Part shown: piece after piece, positions 1-9,218 of the stretch | Position numbering within the stretch: position 1 is the first letter of the stretch | How the letters are laid out: every line of letters starts with the position of its first letter | Origin: Patescibacteria group bacterium | GTDB lineage: Bacteria; Patescibacteriota; Patescibacteriia; UBA2196 | DNA: 64,000 bases | Direction: 5' to 3' | Assembly (NCBI GenBank): GCA_036845805.1 | Contig: DAIUDD010000002.1 | Span: forward strand, 55,868 to 119,867 | Program-made: the position numbers and the translations under genes | The notes under the pieces: generated by a model | What the model saw: only the letters and a program-made list of their open reading frames with translations | Told to the model about the DNA's origin: nothing | The model's database searches: none

Positions 1-104
1 AGAGCGCGTAGTTTATCAAACAAAAAAATTATAAAAGTGACAAGATTTATAAAAATTAAATAATAAAATAGTGGTAACATGTTTTTTACTTATTAATTTT
101 ACCT

Positions 105-150
105 TAAAAATAAAAAAAACAAAAATCCTGCCGTTAAACAGACAGGATTT
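105..150 (-). terminator. Rho-independent terminator downstream of rpsI (hairpin aatcctgccgttaaacagacaggatt followed by a T-run on the minus strand)
   Basis: Perfect stem-loop at 124-149 followed by a U-run in the direction of minus-strand transcription. Confidence 0.6.
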
Positions 151-199
151 TAAAATAAAAATAATGATCTAAAAATAATTAATAAAACAAATGGCGGTT

Positions 200-700
200 T
201 TAACGCTTACTCCATTGTGGGGCACGGCGAGCTCTTTTTAAACCAAACTTCTTACGTTCTTTGGCTCTAGGATCGCGAGTTAAATAACCATGAGATCGTA
301 AAGATGGGCGATATTCTTCGTTGAATTCAATCAAAGCGCGGGCAATACCTAAACCTACCGCCGCTGCCTGTCCTGATTTGCCACCACCATTAACTTTAAC
401 ACTAAAATCAAAGGAGGTTCTTTTGCCCACAATATCTAAAGGTCCAGTAACCTTGTTTTTAAGTTCAAAATAAGGGAAATATTCGTCTAGTTTTTTATTA
501 TTAATTAAAATTTCGCCCTGACCGTTTGGTATAAGCCGAACCCGGGCGACAGCTTCTTTGCGGCGACCCAAAGCACGAGTAAATTCATCTTTAATCTTGG
601 TCGCGGATACGACCTGTTTTTTTATTACAGCCCTTTTTTCAGTTAAATCTCTTTTAACTTTTTGATGTTGAATTGTCTTTTTTGATTCTTTTTTAAGCAT
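200..700 (-). CDS. rpsI: 30S ribosomal protein S9 with an N-terminal extension of about 35 aa
   Basis: C-terminal GGGKSGQAAAVGLGIARAL...RDPRAKERKKFGLKRARRAPQWSKR is the canonical S9 signature; lies adjacent to rplM. Confidence 0.9.
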   Translation of the reverse strand: MLKKESKKTIQHQKVKRDLTEKRAVIKKQVVSATKIKDEFTRALGRRKEAVARVRLIPNGQGEILINNKKLDEYFPYFELKNKVTGPLDIVGKRTSFDFSVKVNGGGKSGQAAAVGLGIARALIEFNEEYRPSLRSHGYLTRDPRAKERKKFGLKRARRAPQWSKR

Positions 701-709
701 ATATGAAAA

Positions 710-1057
710 TTAAACAAATTTTAACCTTTTCATCATGGCAGTTCTTAGTTTGTTTTTAGGTAGCATATAATAAACAGCACGACTAAAAACCTTGGTTGGA
801 TTTTTTTGCCAAACATCTTTCAATTTGGTAGTGCGCAAATGCCCCACATAACCAGTATGTTTGTGATAAACTTTTTGTTCCATTTTGCGCCCGGTGAATT
901 TAAGCGCTTGGACATTTTTAATAATAACAATATCACCCTCATCAGAAGCGGGATTGAAAGTGGCTTTATTTTTACCACGCAATAACAAAGCCACGGCGGT
1001 CGCGGCGCGACCGACCGATTGTCCGGTTAAGTCAATAGTGTGAGTGTTTCGAGTCAT
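710..1057 (-). CDS. rplM: 50S ribosomal protein L13
   Basis: Sequence MTRNTHTID...GRAATAVALLLRGKNK...VYHKHTGYVGHL is typical of L13; conserved rplM-rpsI pair. Confidence 0.9.
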   Translation of the reverse strand: MTRNTHTIDLTGQSVGRAATAVALLLRGKNKATFNPASDEGDIVIIKNVQALKFTGRKMEQKVYHKHTGYVGHLRTTKLKDVWQKNPTKVFSRAVYYMLPKNKLRTAMMKRLKFV

Positions 1058-1063
1058 AAATTA

Positions 1064-1414
1064 TTAAACAAATTCAATTAAAGACAATTGGGCGTTATCG
1101 CCGCGACGGTTTTTAATTTTTATAATACGCAAATAACCGCCTTGACGGCTTTGATAGCGCGGAACAATAACTTCAAACATTTTCTTCATGGCTTTTTCCG
1201 TGGTCAGTTTGTTTCTAACTAAACGGCGATTAGCCAAGGTATCTTTTCTGGCGCGCGTAATCAATCTTTCTAAAAGCGGGCGAATTTCTTTGGCCTTGGC
1301 CTCGGTAGTAGTTACTTTTTCATATAATATTAAAGAAGTGAGCAAATTTTTTAATAAAGCTCTGCGTGGACCAGATTTTCTATCTAATTTTCTTTTGGTT
1401 TTCTGATGTTTCAT
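1064..1414 (-). CDS. rplQ: 50S ribosomal protein L17
   Basis: MKHQKTKRKLDRKSGPRRALLKNL...QGGYLRIIKIKNRRGDNAQLSLIEFV; lies downstream of rpoA as in the alpha operon. Confidence 0.9.
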   Translation of the reverse strand: MKHQKTKRKLDRKSGPRRALLKNLLTSLILYEKVTTTEAKAKEIRPLLERLITRARKDTLANRRLVRNKLTTEKAMKKMFEVIVPRYQSRQGGYLRIIKIKNRRGDNAQLSLIEFV

Positions 1415-1423
1415 AATTATTTT

Positions 1424-2245
1424 TTAAACTTCAGTGGTGTCGTTTTTTTTCTTGCGACCACGTTTCTTGGGTTTAGGTTCTTCACTTTCTTCTCTTGACA
1501 CTATTGATTGATTACTAGTGTCAAGATTAAGTTCAGCCTCTTCTTTTAATTCTTTTCTGTAATCTAAGAAAAAAGAAAATTGATCAATTAAAATTTGCGC
1601 TGATTTTTTTAAAGCCTCTTCGGGAGTAACAGTCCCATCAGTCTCAATATATAAAAGTAAACGATCCCAATTAGTCATTTCGCCCACCCGCACATTTTCT
1701 GTATCGACCGCCACCCGCTTAACTGGCGAGAAAAAAGCATCGATAGCAATCATGCCAATTTCTTTATCGCGAGTTTTCATCATCTCGGTTGGTAGATAAC
1801 CACGGCCTTTTTCTAACCACGCTTCTAAATTAAATTCTGCCTGATCTTCAGTAATGGTGGCAATAACCAACTCAGGATTAGTAATTTTAACACCAGCAGT
1901 TTTTTTGAAATCACCAGCCAAAACTTCACCAGCGCCAGTTTTGTTTAATTCCATTTTAATTGGCTCTTCAAAATCACCATCAACTTCAAAACGCACCTGT
2001 TTTAAATTAAGAGAAATATCCACCGCATCTTCTTTAACCCCCTTAACTGCCGAGAACTCATGATCTACACCTTGGAGACGAATAAAAGTAATGGCGGTGC
2101 CTTCTAAAGAAGAAAGCAAAACACGACGTAAAGCATTACCCAAAGTTAAGCCATAACCCGGGTAAAGCGGCTCAATAACAAATTTGCCCTGATTGGCGCC
2201 AGTGGTGTTAAAGTCTTTTTTTTGAGCGATGGGGATAGATAACAT
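1424..2245 (-). CDS. rpoA: DNA-directed RNA polymerase alpha subunit, N-terminal domain only; no recognisable alpha-CTD
   Basis: PLYPGYGLTLGNALRRVLLSSLEGTAITFIRLQGVDHEFSAVKGVKEDAVDISLNLK matches the alpha NTD; start chosen at internal Met (MLSIPIAQ, 2245) by alignment with E. coli alpha; protein ends in a Lys/Arg-rich tail about 40 aa after the NTD. Confidence 0.85.
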   Translation of the reverse strand: MLSIPIAQKKDFNTTGANQGKFVIEPLYPGYGLTLGNALRRVLLSSLEGTAITFIRLQGVDHEFSAVKGVKEDAVDISLNLKQVRFEVDGDFEEPIKMELNKTGAGEVLAGDFKKTAGVKITNPELVIATITEDQAEFNLEAWLEKGRGYLPTEMMKTRDKEIGMIAIDAFFSPVKRVAVDTENVRVGEMTNWDRLLLYIETDGTVTPEEALKKSAQILIDQFSFFLDYRKELKEEAELNLDTSNQSIVSREESEEPKPKKRGRKKKNDTTEV

Positions 2246-2323
2246 ATTGATTGCTAGACAGTGTTGGTTTGTCAAATTAAGAAATAAATAAGACAAACCA
2301 ACAATGAAAATAATTTATATTGA

Positions 2324-2959
2324 TTATTTAGAATAAAACTCAACAATTAAACGCGGGTCAACGCCGATTTGCAATTCATCACCTTCGGGTAAAGCTAGCA
2401 CAACACCTTGACCTTTTTCTTTGTCCCAAGAAAGCCAAGAAGGCAACAGACCTTCGGTGGTTGATAGACTTTTTAAATTTTCGGCCAAAGAACCTTTGAT
2501 TTTGGTTTTTTCTTTACGAATAGTAATAATATCACCAACCCTTACTTGATATGATGGAATGTTGTTTTTTTTATGATTAATTAAAAATAAGCTATGGCCA
2601 ATAAATTGGCGCGCTTGTGCTCGAGTTAAAGCTAAACCCAAACGATAAACAACATTGTCCAGACGACGTTCCACAATTTCAATTAATTTAAAGCCACTAT
2701 TGCCCTTACTTTTTACCGCTTCATTAAAATATTTACGCAATTGGCGCTCCATTAAACCATACATGACTTTTAATTTTTGTTTTTCTTGCAAATGTAAACC
2801 ATAATCAGTAATGCGCTGATAACCTTTAGGACCGTGTACGCCTGGAGGATAATTTCTTTTTACCAGCGCGCACTTGCCATCGCCCCGCTCGCCCTTACCA
2901 CATAATTTTATACCCAGGCGGCGGCATTGTTTACATTTAGGATTTAAATTTCTAGCCAT
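2324..2959 (-). CDS. rpsD: 30S ribosomal protein S4
   Basis: MARNLNPKCKQCRRLGIKLCGKGE...LDNVVYRLGLALTRAQARQFIGH matches S4. Confidence 0.9.
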   Translation of the reverse strand: MARNLNPKCKQCRRLGIKLCGKGERGDGKCALVKRNYPPGVHGPKGYQRITDYGLHLQEKQKLKVMYGLMERQLRKYFNEAVKSKGNSGFKLIEIVERRLDNVVYRLGLALTRAQARQFIGHSLFLINHKKNNIPSYQVRVGDIITIRKEKTKIKGSLAENLKSLSTTEGLLPSWLSWDKEKGQGVVLALPEGDELQIGVDPRLIVEFYSK

Positions 2960-2974
2960 AGAAAATATTTTAAA

Positions 2975-3505
2975 TTACACGCGGCGTCTTTTTTTAGGAC
3001 GTACACCGCCGTGGGGCACGGGTGTCATATCTTTAATTGCAGTAATTTTTATACCATTAGTATCAAAAGCGCGCACCGCTGCCTCGCGACCCATACCAAC
3101 ACCCTTAACAAACACATCGAGCTCTTTAATGCCTAATTGCTTAATCTTATCAGCTAATGATTTAACTATAACGCCAGCAGCATAAGGAGTGGCTTTTTTA
3201 GGGCCCTTAAAACCAGCGCGGCCAGCCGTGGCCCATAATAAAACAGAACCATTTAGATCGCTAATAGTAATAATAGTATTGTTGTAAGTAGCTTTAATAT
3301 GAGCCTGCCCACGACCGCCACGTAAAAACGGGGCAGCTTTCTTTTTTTTCTTACCCTTAACAACCACTGTCGATGAACTGGCAGAATTTTTTAATTTTGT
3401 TTTTTCCTCGTTCAGAGATTCTGTCTTTTCTTCAACAGCAACAACTTCAGCTGGGGCTACTGAATTTTCAGTCATCGAATTAATTGTTTTTTGTTCATCG
3501 TCCAT
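2975..3505 (-). CDS. rpsK: 30S ribosomal protein S11 with an N-terminal extension of about 45 aa
   Basis: C-terminal two thirds (GQAHIKATYNNTIITISDLNGSVLLWATAGRAGFKGPKKATPYAAG...PHGGVRPKKRRRV) is canonical S11. Confidence 0.9.
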   Translation of the reverse strand: MDDEQKTINSMTENSVAPAEVVAVEEKTESLNEEKTKLKNSASSSTVVVKGKKKKKAAPFLRGGRGQAHIKATYNNTIITISDLNGSVLLWATAGRAGFKGPKKATPYAAGVIVKSLADKIKQLGIKELDVFVKGVGMGREAAVRAFDTNGIKITAIKDMTPVPHGGVRPKKRRRV

Positions 3506-3544
3506 GTAAAAAAGTATTTTATTTATTTAAATTAATCATCAATT

Positions 3545-3934
3545 TTATGTCTTTTGAGCGGCGGGTTTGCGACCAGAACCCACTGTCTTTCGAACATTGC
3601 CACGAACAGTTCTGGTGTTACGGCGAGTACGCTGGCCTCTGGCCGGCAATCCTTTGGCATGACGAGAACCGCGGTAAGAACCAATTTCTTTTAAACGTTT
3701 AATATTACTAGCTATTTCTCGACGCAAATCACCTTCCACGCGATGTTCTTTTTCTATTTTTTGTCTTAATTTGTTAGCTTGATCATCTGTCAAGTTTTTT
3801 ACTCTGATATTAGGGTCAATATTTAATTCCTTTAAAATTTTCTGCGATTGACTTAAGCCAACACCAAAAAGATAGGTTAAACCTATCTCGATCCTTTTTT
3901 CGTTTGGCAAATTAACACCGGCAATCCGAACCAT
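3545..3934 (-). CDS. rpsM: 30S ribosomal protein S13
   Basis: [26 protein letters not shown]...[24 protein letters not shown] matches S13. Confidence 0.9.
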   Translation of the reverse strand: MVRIAGVNLPNEKRIEIGLTYLFGVGLSQSQKILKELNIDPNIRVKNLTDDQANKLRQKIEKEHRVEGDLRREIASNIKRLKEIGSYRGSRHAKGLPARGQRTRRNTRTVRGNVRKTVGSGRKPAAQKT

Positions 3935-3995
3935 AAAAAAATATTTTTAAGAATCAAAAGTTTTGACTTTTGAATTTTTAATTTTGAGTTTTAAA

Positions 3996-4109
3996 TTAGC
4001 CCTGTCTTTGTTTGTGTTTAGGGTTTTTACAAATCACAACTACGCGCTTATTACGGCGCACAACTTGGCAATCTTTGCATATTTTTTTAACAGAAGCTCT
4101 AACTTTCAT
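3996..4109 (-). CDS. rpmJ: 50S ribosomal protein L36 (37 aa; missing from the ORF track because it is under 60 aa)
   Basis: Manual translation of the minus strand gives [37 protein letters not shown]; sits in the conserved infA-rpmJ-rpsM position. Confidence 0.85.
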   Translation of the reverse strand: MKVRASVKKICKDCQVVRRNKRVVVICKNPKHKQRQG

Positions 4110-4126
4110 AAATAGATAATGAATTT

Positions 4127-4429
4127 TTATATTCTATACATAATCCGTCCTTTTGTCAAATCATAGGGCGTTAACTCCACCTTAACTTTATCACCGGGAA
4201 TTAGCATGATCTTATGCAGCCGCATTTTACCAGAAAGCCGGGCCAAGATTTCATGTCCGTTTTCCAAGCGCACCCGAAAGGTAATACTGGGCAAAGTTTC
4301 CACAATTTCTCCTTGCATTTCAATAAAACCCTTTTTAGTAATTTTATGCGGAGAAAAATCATTAGCCACGTTTCCGCTGGCTGGTAATGATGGTTCAATT
4401 TTTGATTGATCAGTGTTTAAATCAGACAT
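4127..4429 (-). CDS. infA: Translation initiation factor IF-1; the annotated ORF carries about 38 extra N-terminal residues, so the true start may be internal or a non-ATG codon
   Basis: [65 protein letters not shown] aligns end-to-end with bacterial IF-1. Confidence 0.8.
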   Translation of the reverse strand: MSDLNTDQSKIEPSLPASGNVANDFSPHKITKKGFIEMQGEIVETLPSITFRVRLENGHEILARLSGKMRLHKIMLIPGDKVKVELTPYDLTKGRIMYRI

Positions 4430-4601
4430 TAAAATTGGGGGTATAAAAAATACCCAGAATTTAAAATTCTTGACGATAATTAGTTAAAGATTGGTAAATA
4501 TGATATTTAGCAATATATAATAGTATAATATAAAAGCTTCATAGCTGTCAAGAAAATAGAAGTAAGCCAATTTTATACAAAAGAACTTGATTTTATTGCC
4601 C

Positions 4602-5813
4602 TTAATTGTTTTTTATTACCACCTGGACCCTATTAGCCCAATTGGGAATGCGCTTACCCATACCAAGAGAAAAGACAAAACGGGCATCTTTAATATAGGG
4701 CAGAGATAATAAATAACGACGAGCTTCGCTTTCGTTCTTGCCTAAAATATTTTTTTTAATCTCATCTAAGTCAACTTTCTTAACCACTGGAAAAGTGGCT
4801 TTAATTTTTAAATCAGCCAGACCTAAATTAAAATCGGCTTGAGCATTAATGATTTCAAGACTAATGTTTTCGGCCTCACCCAAAGATTGATCTGCTTTTA
4901 AGTTGTTAGAAAATTTATCCCGAAGAACCTGGCGCATTTCTTTTTGAGAAAAAATCAAGGCTGATGCTTTTAGGGTTAAGGACAAATCAAATTCCTTCAT
5001 TTTGCTATCGGCCGCAACTTCTGGCGAAATACTGGTAACTTCGTAAGAAATTAATTGTTCGACTACTGATAAATTATCACCGGCTTCTTGGCGCAACTTG
5101 TCTTTCAATTTTATTTGCAAATTTTTAGTTAATTTATCCTTGGCTTGATCAAGATCTTCTTGCGAAACAACGGTAACAATATTAGAAGTTCCGCCTTGCA
5201 AAGGGCCGGATAATTGGCCGTAAATTTTATCTTGTTTTTCCCAGGGCAGCGAGTTGATATTAAAACGACCAGTAGTGCCATTAGCTTTATCACCAGCTTC
5301 TTTTGCTTCCACTACCACCTGAATTTGACCAGGCACGACCCTGCCTTCGGCATCAACTTTGGCACCGGGAATGGTTATTGTTTCTTTAACTCGCACAATA
5401 ACACCAGTGATGGTCATTAAATCAACATCAGGAGTTACTGGTTGAGAGGGTCCGGTAGTGTTATAAAATATAGCTTGCCCACTAGCTTTTTGACCCAAAT
5501 CTTTTTGCCCAGTAGCATTAAATTTTTCCTTAATCGATTCTTCGGCGGTTTTTAATTCGGCAACAAAAATATTATTGGCAGGATCACTCTTGGTTTGGTC
5601 GGTAGTTAATTTAAGATCTAATTCTTGAGTCATGTTTTCGGCGGTCAAAACCAAATTAACAGTGACCTGAGGAAAAAAATAGTTAAAAAGGAAAAATAAA
5701 ATTAATAGACCAGCAAAAAAAAGCCACCACTTTTTATGACGTGATACTCCTTTAAGGGGTTTATGAGAAGAAGGAAAATTTTTTTGATAGGCACCAAATT
5801 TGGTAGTAATCAT
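4602..5813 (-). CDS. Hypothetical N-terminally membrane-anchored protein, paralogous to 53491..54636
   Basis: Single TM helix (WWLFFAGLLILFFLFNYFF) followed by a large extracytoplasmic domain; shares blocks with the 53491 ORF (TVNLVLTAEN/TITLTLGEEN, GQAIFYNTTG/GQVKIINNST, TIPGAKVDAEG/SIPAGKETMA). Confidence 0.6.
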   Translation of the reverse strand: MITTKFGAYQKNFPSSHKPLKGVSRHKKWWLFFAGLLILFFLFNYFFPQVTVNLVLTAENMTQELDLKLTTDQTKSDPANNIFVAELKTAEESIKEKFNATGQKDLGQKASGQAIFYNTTGPSQPVTPDVDLMTITGVIVRVKETITIPGAKVDAEGRVVPGQIQVVVEAKEAGDKANGTTGRFNINSLPWEKQDKIYGQLSGPLQGGTSNIVTVVSQEDLDQAKDKLTKNLQIKLKDKLRQEAGDNLSVVEQLISYEVTSISPEVAADSKMKEFDLSLTLKASALIFSQKEMRQVLRDKFSNNLKADQSLGEAENISLEIINAQADFNLGLADLKIKATFPVVKKVDLDEIKKNILGKNESEARRYLLSLPYIKDARFVFSLGMGKRIPNWANRVQVVIKNN

Positions 5814-5822
5814 AAAAACAAA

Positions 5823-7700
5823 CTAAGATAGAACTGCTTTAATTCTTCTCACGCCGGCTGAACTGGCTTCTTCTTTAATAATTTTGAAAGCCCCGAGTTC
5901 GCCGGTATTTTTGACATGTGGCCCACCGCAAATTTCACAACTAAAATTTTCAGCTAAATTATTCGGGTCGCACACAGAATAAACTTTTACCTGATCGCCA
6001 TATTTATCAGCAAAGACGCCAATCGCACCTTTGGCTTTAGCTTCCGTGACAGTCATTTCTTCGCAAGTTACATCCATCTTCTTATTTATCATTTCATTAA
6101 CCAAATCTTCCGCTTGCTTAATCTGCTCCGCTGTCATTTTTTCACTATGGGAAAAATCAAACCGCATTCTCTCTTCGGTAATATTGGAACCTTTTTGATA
6201 AATATGAGGACCCAATACTTTGCGCAAAGCAGCATTCAATAAATGGGTGGCAGTATGATATTGGGTCACTTTTTCGGAATGGTCAGCCAGGCCGCCTTTA
6301 AATTTTCCGGCCGCGGCTGTGCGTGAAAGTTCCTGATGTTTTTGCATTTCAATATTAAAACCACTTTCATCAACTGCCAATCCTTTTTCTTTGGCCAACT
6401 CTTTAGTCAATTCCAAAGGAAAACCAAAACTTTGGAATAAATTAAATGCTACAATTCCCTTAATTTCTTTATCTCTGGTTGCTTCAGCAACCATCCCGCC
6501 ATGGCGGGATGAAAGCGGAGCTTCCAATTTCTTAGTTTCTTTTTCAAATTCCTTTATTCCCTCTTGCAACGTCTGAGTAAATTTTTCTTCCTCCACCTGT
6601 AAATTATCAAGCACAAATTTACGGCTACGATCTAATTCCGGATAAACATCATTCATTAAATTAATTACCACTGTCGCAATTTGGTGAGTAAAATTTTCTT
6701 TAATGCCAAGCAGGCGGCCATGGCGAATGGCACGACGAATTAATTTCCGCACCACATAGCCTTGGTCCACATTAGCGGGCGCAATACCATGATCATCGCC
6801 CATAATAAAAGTAACCGCCCGCAAATGATCAGCAATAATGCGCATCGATCTGATAGTCCCCTCCTTTTCAAGGAGGGGCCCATGCCCCGCAGGGGCAGAG
6901 GGGGTGGTTATGTATTTTTGCCCAGATAACTCTTCAATCTTTTGAATAATTGGTAAAAATAAATCTGTTTGATAATCATCATCCAAACCACTTATCACGG
7001 CTAAATTTCTTTCCAAGCCAGTGCCATTATCAATGTTTTTTTGATTGGCTGGTTTATATTTATTCTCCCCTATTTTTTCGTATTGCATTAAAACATCATT
7101 GCCAATTTCTACCCAGCGCTTGTCCGAGGGATCAAAAACTTTTGGCGCTGGTCCTTTTTTATCAACCCAATAAAACATCTCGGTGCACGGGCCGCAGGGG
7201 CCAGAATTGCCAGTTGGTTCCCACCAATTGTCTTTTTTGGGCAAAGATTTAATTCTATCTTGATCAATTCCGAGTTTTTTCCAAATTTCAATTGATTCAT
7301 CATCGCGTGGCGCATTTTCATCACCAGCAAAAACAGAGACGGCCAAAAATTTTTTATCCAAGCCAAGCTCCTTTGTAACAAACGCAAAAGTCATTTTCAA
7401 GGCTTCCTCTTTCCAATAATCTCCTATTGACCAATGACCGAGCATTTCAAAAAATGTGTGGTGAAAGCCGTCGCCGACTTCATCAATGTCACCAGTGCGA
7501 ACGCATTTTTGCGAATTAACTAGTCGCGCGCCAGCTGGATGTTTTTCGCCAAGCAAAAATGGCACGAGCGGGCTCATGCCGGCAGTGGTAAATAAAATTG
7601 AGGGATCATTTTCTGGAATTAAAGAAGCGCTCGGGATTTCTGCATGCCCATTTTTTTTAAAAAATTCAATGTATTTTTGCCGCAATTCTTTAGAAGTCAT
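5823..7700 (-). CDS. alaS: Alanyl-tRNA synthetase, short form (625 aa): catalytic, tRNA-recognition and editing domains present; no C-Ala domain
   Basis: N-terminal class II motifs, internal HTATHLLNAALRKVLGPHIYQKGSNITEERMRFDFSH editing-domain signature, and a metal-binding C..C.GGPHV site near the C-terminus. Confidence 0.9.
   Translation of the reverse strand: MTSKELRQKYIEFFKKNGHAEIPSASLIPENDPSILFTTAGMSPLVPFLLGEKHPAGARLVNSQKCVRTGDIDEVGDGFHHTFFEMLGHWSIGDYWKEEALKMTFAFVTKELGLDKKFLAVSVFAGDENAPRDDESIEIWKKLGIDQDRIKSLPKKDNWWEPTGNSGPCGPCTEMFYWVDKKGPAPKVFDPSDKRWVEIGNDVLMQYEKIGENKYKPANQKNIDNGTGLERNLAVISGLDDDYQTDLFLPIIQKIEELSGQKYITTPSAPAGHGPLLEKEGTIRSMRIIADHLRAVTFIMGDDHGIAPANVDQGYVVRKLIRRAIRHGRLLGIKENFTHQIATVVINLMNDVYPELDRSRKFVLDNLQVEEEKFTQTLQEGIKEFEKETKKLEAPLSSRHGGMVAEATRDKEIKGIVAFNLFQSFGFPLELTKELAKEKGLAVDESGFNIEMQKHQELSRTAAAGKFKGGLADHSEKVTQYHTATHLLNAALRKVLGPHIYQKGSNITEERMRFDFSHSEKMTAEQIKQAEDLVNEMINKKMDVTCEEMTVTEAKAKGAIGVFADKYGDQVKVYSVCDPNNLAENFSCEICGGPHVKNTGELGAFKIIKEEASSAGVRRIKAVLS
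6856..6912. repeat. Family-2 palindromic element (cccctccttttcaaggagggg ... cagagggggtggttat) inserted in-frame inside alaS
   Basis: Same hairpin plus ggggtggtta module as the intergenic copies at 7712-7801, 26577-26650 and 26781-26945; encodes the extra segment TPSAPAGHGPLLEKEGT just before the conserved RIIADHLRA block. Confidence 0.7.
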
Positions 7701-7711
7701 GTGGTGTTGTT

Positions 7712-7801
7712 AGTCCCCGCCTTATGAAGGCGGGGCCTCATGTTCCACCACCCTTGTGGTGAGTGGAACAGAGGGGGCGGTTAATAAGATCGCCGATAGG
7801 C
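7712..7801. repeat. Family-2 palindromic element, intergenic copy upstream of alaS
   Basis: gtccccgccttatgaaggcggggc shows compensatory changes relative to the cccctcc/ggagggg copies, so the stem is conserved; shares the 3-prime module ggttaataagatcgccgataggc with the 26577 copy. Confidence 0.7.
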
Positions 7802-7847
7802 AAAATAAATGTTATTTATATAATTTTTATTTTAACAAAAATTGACT

Positions 7848-7900
7848 AAAAAAGCAATTTTAAATATCAAAAAACCGCTTGTCTAACAAACGGTTTTTTG
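7848..7900. terminator. Bidirectional terminator-like hairpin (aaaaaccgcttgtctaacaaacggtttttt)
   Basis: Stem aaccg/cggtt flanked by an A-run and a T-run. Confidence 0.45.
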
Positions 7901-7924
7901 TCTTATCTTTCATTCGCCAACCAT

Positions 7925-8195
7925 TTTTATCTCAAGAGAGTTTGGTAGATAAAATTAATAATGATTGACGAGTGAAAGAAAGGAACTGGCTAAATTGTGA
8001 TATTCTCCGTTCCTTATTGTTTTTAAAACCCCAAAAAAGGGGTGCGAGCTCGGTATCCGGATCTGTGAATATTGGATACCTTCCTGAACTGTGTCTGGTA
8101 CTCGCGCCAGACAAGGGAAGTTCTCACGTCTATAACTTCCGAACGTAGTCATAGCTTACGGCGTATGACCGCCTTTTTAATAAGTCTCTGGTGTA
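7925..8195. ncRNA. Putative structured non-coding RNA at the 3-prime end of a high-GC island; strand and family unknown
   Basis: At least five perfect 6-7 bp stems within 270 nt (aaggaac/gttcctt, acccc/ggggt, ggtatcc/ggatacc, ggaagtt/aacttcc, gtcata/tatgac); one longer stem needs a U-G pair on the plus strand; no long ORF; no match to tmRNA, RNase P or SRP signatures that I can recognise. Confidence 0.25.
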
Positions 8196-8196
8196 T

Positions 8197-9003
8197 TTAA
8201 CCTCTTCGGCAATCCGAGGAGATCACCAGAAAAGATGTTTCTTCTGTGCCGTAGGCTGGAAAAAACACTGCTTTAGTTTCCCCTCTCCTTACTTGAGAAA
8301 CTGCAGTATTAATATCATATGGGGATTTCCACCCTCTGCGTTTCCGAACAAATCTATTAGGCCGAATAAACTTACCCGGACATTCGTGCCCAGATAATTC
8401 ATCCGTGCCTTCTTCGGAAACAACAACCACAACGTCGCAAGAACAGATTTTTTTCCCGTCGCTACTGATTGCAACGGCTCGGTCAAAATCGCTCTCGGCG
8501 TTTTTTGCGATTGACTTAACTGCTAAGGTGAGTCTCTCTAACAAAAAGCTCCGAGCCTCAATGTCATCCCAGCGAAATAGCAATGCCAAGACAACATCGG
8601 CATTGGTAATTGACCGAATTCTTCTGCCAATTACCTCGCATTGTGCGACGCCGGCTTTTCCTCGGTATTCCACCAAGTAGGCATCAATCGCACCAAAAAC
8701 ATTTGGCAACCCGTAGATATTGGCTAAATCTCCACGGATTAGCCAATCAGCCAACCCACTAGTGAGAGCCGCAAAAGATTTCTTTAGGAATCTGGTGACA
8801 ACCCCGTCCCACTGAAAGTGAGTGGTGTTAAACGGAAATACAATTTCCGCCGCATTCAACCATGCCTGTTTCCAGGACATCACGGCCGAATACCCAGCTC
8901 CAGTGGCTGGTCGTTTTTGAAGGTAATTTAAGGGATCTTTAATCCCAAAAACTTCCTCTAGCCGGTTGGCCACAAAGGCCAATTTTTTTTCTTCTAGATT
9001 CAT
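8197..9003 (-). CDS. Hypothetical protein (268 aa) in a high-GC island; no family recognised
   Basis: Long ORF with an AGGAGG RBS; local GC about 45-47% against about 33% genome-wide; contains a Cys/His cluster (CSCD...HECPG); structured leader (hairpins 9028-9042 and 9065-9101). Confidence 0.5.
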   Translation of the reverse strand: MNLEEKKLAFVANRLEEVFGIKDPLNYLQKRPATGAGYSAVMSWKQAWLNAAEIVFPFNTTHFQWDGVVTRFLKKSFAALTSGLADWLIRGDLANIYGLPNVFGAIDAYLVEYRGKAGVAQCEVIGRRIRSITNADVVLALLFRWDDIEARSFLLERLTLAVKSIAKNAESDFDRAVAISSDGKKICSCDVVVVVSEEGTDELSGHECPGKFIRPNRFVRKRRGWKSPYDINTAVSQVRRGETKAVFFPAYGTEETSFLVISSDCRRG

Positions 9004-9218
9004 AACTTCCTCCTAAGAAGTTTGTTCGGGAGCACTACTCCCGTTTGCCTGCTTGACCATCAAGCAGTATTTTGAATACTAAAATAATAATCAAAATACT
9101 GCCTGTGGTAATTTTTTAAAGGACTATTTTCTTCTCTTCTAAAACTTTCCAAAAAATGAAAAGTTTTAGTAAAGAGCCAAAGCAGCGGTGCATTGCTGCT
9201 TTGGCAAAAGCGTGTGGA

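Noticed and set aside
1188-1406. Plus-strand 72-aa ORF antisense to rplQ, and the many similar 60-100 aa ORFs antisense to long genes (for example 1854-2063, 2874-3185, 6391-6576, 22924-23331, 28698-29261, 52802-53300, 55590-56584)
   Set aside because: They lie entirely inside well-supported genes on the opposite strand, have low-complexity composition and no RBS. They are shadow ORFs.
7740-7765. agggtggtggaac within the element upstream of alaS resembles the T-box core AGGGUGGNACCGCG
   Set aside because: The same sequence is part of the family-2 repeat present at unrelated loci, and the remaining T-box features (specifier loop, antiterminator) are not visible.
8040-8110. Partial resemblance of accagacacagttcaggaagg (minus strand) to the SRP RNA domain IV motif
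   Set aside because: The conserved GGAAGCAGCC segment is missing and the surrounding structure does not match 4.5S RNA.
8197-9003. Considered a TnpB/IscB-like, reverse transcriptase, or IS110-like enzyme for the 268-aa ORF because of its structured RNA neighbour
   Set aside because: There is no YxDD motif. The DLANI segment is not positioned like a RuvC-III motif after a zinc finger. There is no DEDD N-terminal signature. The family remains unknown.
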